Assembly: GCA_032718475.1 (NCBI GenBank)
Contig: JAUCBJ010002930.1
Location: 1-32,792, forward strand
Length of the DNA: 32,792 bases
DNA from: Nemertoderma westbladi
Lineage: Eukaryota; Animalia; Xenacoelomorpha
Reading direction: 5' to 3'
Shown here: positions 1 to 9,322 of the stretch, piece by piece
How positions within the stretch are numbered: position 1 is the stretch's first letter
Layout: every line of letters begins with the position of its first letter
Program-made: the position numbers and the translations under genes
The notes under the pieces: model-generated
Databases searched by the model: none
Seen by the model: only the letters and a program-made list of their open reading frames with translations
Told to the model about the DNA's origin: nothing

Positions 1-210
1 CTGGAGTGACCGAAGCACAAAGTCGTCAGTCTTTACCTACGCCAAGCAGCCCTGATGTAGTACCGGGGTTAGTTTAACTATAACGGTATGTATAACAAGC
101 ACAATTACTGTAGGAATAAACTTGGGGACATGAATGTTGCGAATAATCGCATAAACTCTGAATAATAAATATTACGCTACCCGTACAGAATACTCATATA
201 AATACAAACC

Positions 211-735
211 AAACGCTGGCAGACTACTATTAAGCCTAAACAAACTACTGTATGTGCAGATTCTGAAACTGTTAGTTAGTATGCGTTCTAACACGGTAGT
301 ACGACTTACTCTTTAAGAGGGGATTGACCTTACCGCTTATGGCTGCCCCAACTTACTAACGGCACTTGATCAGACCAACTCTACACACGCAGCAATCCCT
401 TCAGACCTAAAAATAGCTAGACAACAATCCAGCCTACAAATATTTGAGTAATAACTATTACGGTACCTGAACAGACCACACAAACAAACACAGGCTAAAA
501 CACTGGCAGACTACGATCAAGCCTAAATAAACTACAGTATATGCAGACTCTGAAACTGTTAGTTAGTATGCGTGCTAACACGGTAGTACGACTTACTCTT
601 TAAGAGGGGATTGACCTTACCGCTTATGGCTGCCCCAACTTACTAACGGCACTTTATCAGACAAACTCTACACACGCCGTAATCTCTCCAAACTCAACAA
701 CAGTCAGACAGCAGCTCAGCCTACAATTATCTGAA
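211..735. repeat. Diverged tandem duplication, ~287-bp period, with a near-identical ~130-bp core
   Basis: ctggcagactac occurs at 216 and 503. The core ctgaaactgttagttagtatgcg...ctctacacacgc (~262-390 vs ~549-677) differs at only a few bases, while the flanks are more diverged. Confidence 0.9.
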
Positions 736-985
736 CAATCTGAGCAGACTTACACGTCTTCAGCTCAATATTAACTTACTAGGAAATAAAACCGACAGAA
801 ATAAGTAAGCTCCAAAAGAAACAAGGGGTGTACAGTCCCTAATCTCTTAGACAGCCTACCGGTATACAATAATCAAAATCGAATAATACTAAATGTACTT
901 GTACAGCAGTACCGGTACCGGTGATGACAGTTAGGCCTACTGACCTACAAAGTACCGGTTCAGTTTTACCGGTCACTACGGTATT

Positions 986-1118
986 TTGCAACCTTATTGC
1001 CTACTGCAATAAGATTGTAAACTGTTACTGTTCGACAGAACAGTATTAAACTGTATTTAATGCCTACACTTGCAACCTTATTGCCTACTGCAATAAGATT
1101 ATAAACTGTTACTGTTCG
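986..1118. repeat. 49-bp direct repeat x2 with internal hairpin
   Basis: ttgcaaccttattgcctactgcaataagatt(g/a)taaactgttactgttcg at 986-1034 and 1070-1118. Each copy contains the palindrome cttattgc-N5-gcaataag. Confidence 0.85.
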
Positions 1119-2356
1119 CGCTTTTGAAGACCTTTAGCAGTTTAACCTGCCAAAATTTATATGTCTTTTCGTTAATTAAAACCACTTTAGCATACGACAA
1201 TATTTTATGCTAATACGCAAAACACTAGCCGAAATCAGCCCATGCGCGATCATTCACCCGATGGATCTACACCCGGGAGACTGAATTCGGATGCTTAAAT
1301 TTTATTATTACAGTGTAAGGTTGCAGTGTATACCTAATGTATTATTCGATAGATCGTTAATAATTAATCTCTGACAGGTATTATTGGCTTTCGGGAAATA
1401 TTAACAGTTCCTTTAGGACGTGGCGCTTTATCTATTTAAACAGAACTAAGACTTATACTAAAACGCAACGATACTGCTTATGATTGAAGTATAAAGCGTA
1501 TTCTTTAGGAAATACTTTGTTACCAATCACAATCATACACACTATTCTGCCGGCAGTCAGTATATTTGATCACACATAAAGAGAGCAGTAATTGACTCAC
1601 GTAGGGTCTGCTAAATAACATTGGATTCAATACACACCACATTAATATAAATCGCAATTGTTATGTATAGCCGGTCTCTCTAACCTGTAGTGTTATCAAG
1701 AAAATTGGGAATTGGGTGATTTATCCGTATTATCCAAATAGCAATATTTCCATCAACAAATAGGTACAATTAATAACTGACAGTAAATAACAGTAAAAAC
1801 CATATGATTAATGCAATTAAATTAAGTGAGCATGTTAATTAGTGATTTATTGAGTAAGTGAGTAGGTAACAGTTTATACTTTCGATAATTTAAGCAGTTT
1901 ACTAGAGTTCTTCCCAAAATGCCGGTGTTTCTGGCTTAGACAGCAATAACAACAAAGTATCAAGAAAAAACAGTAAGACTGAACACTCTCCTTATGATCG
2001 GCTGAAAAGCTACACGTCGACAGGAAAAATCGCTCTGATTGGCTCAAGCCAAACAAAGAACCACACATCCAATGGCTGTTTCCATGTCAGCAACCAGCTG
2101 TTAGATGTCGTAATATGAATCATCACGGCTAAGCTGTGAAAGGTAGTTGGTGCATTACAGGTTTTTTGCCTTACCATGTCCGCCAAAACACGTATATAGC
2201 AGAATTACTTTTATGTCCGTTAAAACACCTGTAAAGGTACCTTGCGGGCGAGGGGAATATATATACAGTCCGAGAACCCTTTTAGAGTATTCCAGCGCCT
2301 GGGGGGAACTGGCCAGCAAAGGCAAACGTATCAGTTATCCCACAAAAGCTTTTACA

Positions 2357-2601
2357 CTGGTTTAAATCATGCAGACTCAGTGGGTTACCATGTGACACAT
2401 GGGTGAGCACACAGACACAATAGACGAGCTGCAACCTGGTTTAAATCATGCAGACTCAGTGGGTTACCATGTGACACATGGGTGAGCACACAGACACAAT
2501 AGACGAGCTGCAACCTGGTTTAAATCATGCAGACTCAGTGGGTTACCATGTGACACATGGGTGAGCACACAGACACAACGGGCTGCAACCTGGTTTAAAT
2601 C
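2357..2601. repeat. 79-bp tandem repeat, ~3.1 copies
   Basis: Units ctggtttaaatcatgcagactcagtggg...gctgcaac start at 2357, 2436, 2515 and 2590 (partial). The third unit has a small deletion. Confidence 0.95.
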
Positions 2602-4722
2602 GCCTCTGGATTTGGTCTCTGTAGTCGATTATATCGTTTTCGTAATCGATGAAAATAAAGGTCAGGTATCCAGTGCAATCTGCGTTCTGGGTATTTCTAT
2701 TTTACCAATTACATGAAGTAGGAGAGAGTCCTGCCACCCCTATCCAATAATCCGATATATTGAGAAAAATAGATTAGTATTGTTAATTAAGCATTCCACC
2801 GCATTATTGCAATAGCAAATATAACAATGGCAAATGCATATAAAGCGACCCGTCAGAAAAGCTCACTGGTCGAAAAGGATTAGTGGAAAACCGAACTAAA
2901 TGAGGAAAGCGGGTCCTGGTTGCCTAGGAATTAAAAAATAACGCAATCAATAAGTCAACCCAAGCAACAGTAACCGATTAGGGTGCCTACAACAACGGGC
3001 CAATATGATGCCTGCCATATTCCATAATAATAAACATTTCATTGTATATTGGATCCGTGCTGTGATGTCTATGTGTATGCTTGAACTATGCAATGCGGAG
3101 CATATATAACAATTTCCCATTCCCATTTCCATGACAAGAATATCACCTGATACACTAATAGCTGTGCGACATGTGTGATTCTTATTGGTGTTCTGCAATA
3201 AATAGGTGTCGAGACAATAATAATAAACAATAGGTGTCGAGACTATAATTATTTTCGTCGAAAATTGACATTATTATGAATGGGTTAATCTTTCAGGCTT
3301 ATTAAGTTAAGTCAGGGAATATCAGTTCACCTTTTCAGTTATCATTCCACGCGTTGACAAATTGAAATATTATATATTATATAAGGATGAATGTTATGTA
3401 TAACTTAATAGTTAATAAGTTTATGAATCAGATGACATTACGTGACAGATGGGAACGTTTTATATAGGAGCCTGCCAATCATGCTCTCCTCTGTGTGATT
3501 GCTTCTCCAATTTGCATTTTTATATAACATCGTTATTATTATTCAACGGAATACATATCTAAAACGTGCTGTACATTATTTAAGCTTTCATAGATCTTAT
3601 TTTAGATTTTAATTATTTTAATTTTTCATAGAGGCCCAGTGATTGTAAAAATTGTAAATTTTTATTTTGTAAATTATAATAATAGTAAAAAGCAGTAGCT
3701 TTGCTGCTTTACATTCATGATTTTGAGATTAATTATCTATTTAAATGTGTATTTTTTGTTTGGATATAAATGTAAAACCATAAAAAATGTAAAGTTAAAA
3801 ATTAAAACTACAGTCGTAATCAGCACTTTATAAAAATACAGTTTTCTCCTTTATTAAAATCCTCGCGGGATCTCATAAAATTACAAGACTCGAAATAACT
3901 AATTATATAATAATATTAACACTCTATTATTCCATTTTTATAAAGGCGACTCTTTTGAGAAAGCATGTTAGTACATATGAAAGGTGCGCATTAAGGTTGA
4001 CTTAGAAAAACAGTTCAAGGACTTAATAATGTCAACAATTGACGAAGGGAGAAAAGGGAAATGTGATAATGAAGTGGAGTTTGGAGAATGTAGTTTACTG
4101 AGGGTGAGTGTCATATATCAACAACCGGCGGCCATCACGAAGCCATCCATCCAATTACCTACAAACATTCCTCGATGGCTGAAACCCTGACCCGCACCGC
4201 ACCGGTAATTTGTATCGCCAAACATCCGCTTTGTCACTCCAAACAGATATAAGGCTACCGGTATTGATTGACGTTGTACACACTGTGCAAGGACACTTCA
4301 ATAGATCTGACTTATTGATCGAGTTATTCAACAATGATCAGCCAGGATTAGGATTGCACTCAGCGATTATATGACAGAGGAAGGAACTTCACGGATTATC
4401 AACTGATTTATTAATTTTTATGTTAAATACTACGGAAATGCTGCTGACTTACTGTCCAATGCGGGGTGCTCCTGTCGATAACCTCACCATCTATATTAGT
4501 AACAAAACATTCGATCAATTAAATTAAATTCAATACAGCACGTACGGGGTAATTACTCTAGTTAGGCAAGCACACTGTAAAATTTTTAAATTTAATAATG
4601 AAAGGTCACTAACCATATAAAACGCCGTTAGTATTAACAGCGAGTTGTTATTTAGCACTTTACAACTTTAGAGGACATTACAGTATTGTATTTGCCTGTA
4701 CATTTAGTATTGTATTTGGTGT

Positions 4723-4813
4723 TATTGTTTACGTGGTAACCCATGACCGCGTTAAGTAATGTCCACTAAGGGGACATTACTTAACGCCGTCATTGAATAC
4801 CACGTAAACAATA
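4723..4813. repeat. 91-bp near-perfect palindrome (foldback, MITE-like)
   Basis: tattgtttacgtggta..atgac.gcgttaagtaatgtcc pairs with ggacattacttaacgc.gtcat..taccacgtaaacaata around a 7-nt loop. Confidence 0.9.
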
Positions 4814-5090
4814 GGTGGAAATTTGCCTGACAACCAGATAGGCCTACTGCATTACCTACCGGTAGGCGGGGTATATCTATTAATAACCAGTAGGGCCTAG
4901 CTATATTATTATAACATGGCTCCAAACACCACCATAAATATAAGCTAACTTATTTATAACATAATTTATGTCATTTTTACATTTACATTATACAGCAACT
5001 AATATAATTTGTGAAGTTTCTATCACTTTATAATGTATATGTACAATCATTTCGTAATGTTAAAATTTTGGAATAAAACTACATACATAA

Positions 5091-5225
5091 ACATACTTGT
5101 TGCAAAGTACTTTAAAGTGTTCTTATCCTCGTGGCTTTATTTTCCCTCACTCACTAACGTTCGTTCGTGTAACATAGCCACTCGAATCATCACACTGTAA
5201 AGTGCTACTTTACACACAAGTATGT
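5091..5225. mobile_element. Degenerate palindromic MITE-like element
   Basis: Terminal inverted repeat ACATACTTGT/ACAAGTATGT, with nested inverted segments (aaagtac..aagtgt / acact..gctacttt and gtggct/agccac). A related right end occurs at ~23257-23277. Confidence 0.65.
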
Positions 5226-5878
5226 AAATAGTTATTGCATTTGCAAACTGTGTGCACTTCTAGTGTACTAGACTTCCATTTGATCACTGGCCAGACTCCA
5301 GAGCCTCATTTTCTGTTGGACAGCCCAATAGTGAATCTTTCGTTACAGCGGGGCTCTTCAAGGCAGACCAGTCCCTTCCATTCCGAGAGGACTCCGTCAC
5401 AGTCTTGTTACAACGAAGACTGCGCTTAGTTCTGGAAACGACAAGACGTTGCCAGTTCTCAAATATGTTGCCCAGATGACTGAATATCTCAAATAAAAAA
5501 GTTGGTGCCTACTCGACGAGTTGAAATCGGTGAAATTCGACTTTAAATTTTCAAAACCGCTATTTTTCAGTGACCCCGTGATCGAAACGCCACAAAAAAA
5601 TATACAGTCTTGCGCGCAACCAAAATTTATGGAGAGTTTGTTATTAAAATTTTTGCGTACCTGCTTGAGTTTTTGAGATATTGGATGGTTATACATATAT
5701 ATACACACACACACACAACCACATCGTGTTTTTAAACGGCTCAACTCTTGACAAGAACTACCCTGTCCTATTAATAAGCAGGTTCGTTATTATTTCGAAA
5801 TATGATATGATCGCATCTGGAACTTATGACCTACTACTACTACTACTAGGATCGGCATGCTGCATTGCAGCTGCATTT

Positions 5879-6996
5879 TTAAGAATGCTGTGCCGGCTTG
5901 TCAACAAAATTGCACCGCCACAACTCCCTATCACCCATGACATTTGCTAGATCATCCGCATCTTTAAGGCCAGTGTCCTTTAAGATGCGTCTCAAGAAAG
6001 TCATGGGCTGTCCACCATGCTTATTCACTCCATGAGGCTGCCAAAGTACAAGATTATGCACTGGCTGGTCCTCACGGCGAAAGCAATGTCCTGCAAAGCG
6101 GAGGCGATTTTGTTCTAGTGTCAAGCTTGGGGGAACCAATGAGACACCTCCAATGTTATATAGTGTCTGGTTGGAGATGTGTGCATTGTACTTGACACAA
6201 TGTACCCGGCGTAGCATTCTTGTGAATGTGCCATCCAGAGATTTGGTGTCCTCAGCAGTTAGAGCCCAGCATGGACTCCCGTAGAGGAGTACTGGAACTA
6301 CTGCTGCTCTAAATAATCGGACCTTAAGTTTCCGATTAATTCTAGGTGACTTCCAAATCCTGGAAAGCCTATTCAAGGCTGCCCATGCCTTTCCCTTACG
6401 TATTCGAAGGTCCTCACCTGACTTCCGGATCCATGATCCCAGGTAACAGAAGTCGTCCACATGCTCAAGCATACCATCCTTTGAGCTTATGCTCATCCGA
6501 TCAGAGACTTGCTGAGGACTTTCAAAGTTAACTGTCAGAATGTTGGTCTTTCTGGAGTTGATAAAAAGACCAACACTAGAAGCAGCATGTTCTAATGAGC
6601 TGAGGAGCCGCTGGGCTCCCTCTAATGATTCTGAGAGTACTCCTAAGTCATCAGCAAAGTCTAGATCAGTTAGGTACTTGGCAGGATTTCCTCGACTTCT
6701 GGAGCCAGTAGGTGGAGTTATCATCACCCCATCATCATTATGACGATCTAAGGACATGCGTAGAACATAGTCAACCACAATAATGAACAAGAATGGTGCA
6801 CGCCCCATAACACTTCAAATGGTTCTGTGTCACCGTCAACAGTAGACACAAATGTTGTCGAACCATCGTATACTGATCTGATTGCTGCAATAATTTCATC
6901 AGGAATCCCATATAATGAAAGTATGCTGAACATACGTGAGCGAGAGACTGAATCAAAGGCCTTGAAGAAGTCAACAAAGATAACAGCCAGATGCCA
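5879..6996 (-). pseudogene. RTE ORF, reverse transcriptase remainder (frameshifted at ~6801)
   Basis: FVDFFKAFDSV..YGIP..PFEVLWG, then a frame change to APFLFIIVVDY, LDFADDL, FCYLGS, LLYGS..W, RLRFAGHC. The QG motif and the early RT domains are missing. Confidence 0.9.
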
Positions 6997-8616
6997 TTAT
7001 TGACTGTCATTATTGAGGAGCTTTTCAAAGTGGGCTTTCCAACCATTGAGGCGATCGGCTGGTGATTCAGCCTTAACCTTGGTGGTTGGTTGGCTTTTCC
7101 GCCCAGTAAGCAGATTGATCGATTTCCATGCCTGGGATGATTGCCTGCTGTCGTCAGCATCATTGATGGCATCAACCTGTTGGTTTATTAGCTCCTGTAG
7201 ATTAACAGAGTACTGCCTGTTCAGGGACCTAGATGCAGCTTTTACTGCATTCTTGGCCGCTGTAGTCTGTTTGAATCGGGACTCTTTCTGCGCCTTATGA
7301 AGGTCATTTCGGCACTTCTGAATTTTGTTGTCAGTCCAGGGGGCCCTTTTCCTGTTTCGAGGGTATACAGGAACTGTTTCTGCAGCTGCTAACTTAACTG
7401 CTTCTGTAAAGGCAGTATAGCCCTCACAGTGATCTGCCGCCTCAGAGGCAAGAGCCTCATACCTGTTGCTCAGCTGTAGTGTGAAGCTGGATCTCACACT
7501 TGGCTGTTGCAACAGAGAGGACCAGTCATGCCGTGGCAAGGCAGATTTCGTTGTTCTGCTAGCACGCAGACTAAGTCTTACCTTGGCCACAATAAGGAGG
7601 TGATCACTGGAGAAGGGTCGAAGTGTAAATGCATTACAGTCTTGTATAGAGCTCCTGTATTTCCTACGAAACAGAATATGGTCTATCTGGGACTTGTGAC
7701 CACTGGGTCCACTATGAGTCCATAGCTTTCCAGTTCGCTTCTTGAACTGGGTTCCAGCCGAAAACAATCCATTTCCAGAGATAAAATCCTGAAGATTGAC
7801 AGAATTTCGGTTAACACTATTGCTATAGACCCAGGGCGATGTAGGTGATTGATGCAGACTTGCATTAAAGTCTCCCAGGAATGTTAAGAATGCATGCTGA
7901 TCCACTCCATCAGTTGCTGCTTGTAGATTGTGGTAGAAATTTTCCACCTCCTCTACAGGGGCAACACTAGTTGGAGAGTAGCACACAATCAGAACCACCT
8001 TAGGAAACTTCTTAGCCAGTCTTCCAGAACATGAGAAGTGGCAACGGATGATGCGGTTAGAGATTTGGTCTATTTTGTCCAATGCTGCATGTGCAGTTGG
8101 ATTCATCAATAGACCAATTCCACCATTGCCACTATCATCTGCTGACGCGAGGGCGAGTCGCCAACCGCCCCCCATGTCTTTAATCAGAACCTCATCAGTC
8201 TGTCCAGTCTGCATTCGGTGCTCTTGAACACCCACTGCGCTAAGAGAAAGCTTATCTGACAAGGCAGTCAGCTCACCTTGTCGCATTGGGGACCCGAGTG
8301 TTAGGGTGTTTACTGAGGCTAGTCTAGTGACTTGCCTCAGATTCACCAATGGCTTTGTTGGTCGGGGTGGAACATGAGAGTAGCCTCCAACTCCTGAATC
8401 CCTCTCCCCATCACAATCTGGCCTCCCTGGTGACCCAGGGTTTGGGCCAGAAAGGTCATCAGGAAAGGGACTCAAAGAATTGTTGGCTGCTCTCTCTCCA
8501 GTAGGGGGTGAGACAGGCAGCCGGTCAGGAGTTAACTGACGCCTGTGAGGCCGATTGTGTCCGGTAATTCCACTGGCCTCTAGTGGCCGGACCTCCGCAT
8601 TGCTAATGTAATCCAT
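6997..8616 (-). pseudogene. RTE ORF, N-terminal part: AP-like endonuclease and linker
   Basis: APE motifs SVNTLTL, GVQEHR, CYSPT, LGDFNA, SQIDHIL, SSDHLL. The linker ends W..HFEKLLN, followed by TAA at a deletion junction. Confidence 0.9.
8396..8473 (-). promoter_or_regulatory. SECIS-like (type II) / kink-turn RNA hairpin within the RTE 5' region
   Basis: GAGUCCCUUUCC-UG-AUGAC-CUUUCUGGCC-CAAA-CCCUGG-GUCA-CCAGGG-A-GGCCAGAUUG-UGAU-GG-GGAGAGGGAUUC. It has a 12-bp helix I, an AUGA/GA quartet, helix II, an AAA bulge and an apical mini-stem. Function is untested. Confidence 0.5.
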
Positions 8617-8703
8617 AGTGGGGGTTGGGGGGTGCTTTTTTGCCGAGTCTTATGACCACTGATGCCTGTATGGGTATTTATATAGTTAGTTATCAACTTC
8701 CAG

Positions 8704-8790
8704 GTTTCTCCTGAACCTGTTGAAGTCCCCACGAATAGTAAGATAAACATTGTTGATCTACCCAAACAGCTGCCCGTTGAGTATCGTTGA
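8704..8790 (+). CDS. Possible terminal exon of an unidentified plus-strand gene (VSPEPVEVPTNSKINIVDLPKQLPVEYR*)
   Basis: Acceptor-like tcaacttccag|GTT, 28 open codons ending in TGA, then AT-rich sequence. No homology recognised. Confidence 0.2.
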   Translation, partial: VSPEPVEVPTNSKINIVDLPKQLPVEYR

Positions 8791-9322
8791 CAATATTGAT
8801 TTCTATGTTGTAATTATTAAAAAATTTACTGTAACAATAATAATGATATAAAGGTTTCTTATTGGCTGCAACAATGTATTCTGTATTCTACATATTTATA
8901 GCCATGGAATGGAAGCTAGGAACGAGAAGCGATCAGGTTTCCCTTTTCAGAGGGATTTTATACAACGGCAACGAATTCCCGTGATTACCGCTAATCACCA
9001 CTACTGTAAAATGTCCCTGTTTAGTTAAGCCTCAGCGGTCTACTAGCATTACTGTAACTCTACAGTAACTGCATTTTGGTTAATAAATTTTGACAATATA
9101 CATGTGCGTCGCTAACTCAACATTAATTGAGTATATGTGTTTTTCTTCCTACATACTTGAAGGTTTCGCGGGTATAATATCCCATATTTTGCTATGATTT
9201 ATAAAATTTCATCAGTTCAATCCAAGTTTAGTTCATTAACCAACCCTAAGCACCAATGGAGACGTGTTCATACTAGTGTAACGATTGAGATTAGGTACCG
9301 ATATATAATTCCGATAGATATA

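Larger units (their letters stand above)
5832..8648 (-). mobile_element. RTE-clade non-LTR retrotransposon (APE endonuclease + RT), internally deleted, with 9-bp TSD and (TAG)n tail
   Basis: TSD CTTATGACC at 5823-5831 and 8649-8657. (TAG)6-type tail at 5832-5849 and a very short 3' UTR. Single APE-RT frame, with higher GC than the flanks. Confidence 0.93.

Noticed and set aside
75-87. TAACTATAACGGT, matching part of an LSU rRNA / I-CeuI site
   Set aside because: The match is only 13 bp, and the flanks are not rRNA-like.
1874-3198. Short ORFs of 64-83 aa
   Set aside because: They have no recognisable domains or consistent exon structure, and lengths are as expected by chance.
6346-7865. Short alternative-frame and antisense ORFs inside the RTE
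   Set aside because: They are shadows of the APE-RT coding sequence with no independent motifs.
8440-8463. Hammerhead core CUGAUGA on the RTE sense strand
   Set aside because: There is no GAAA after a stem II (CAAA instead), and the K-turn/SECIS fold explains the pairing better.
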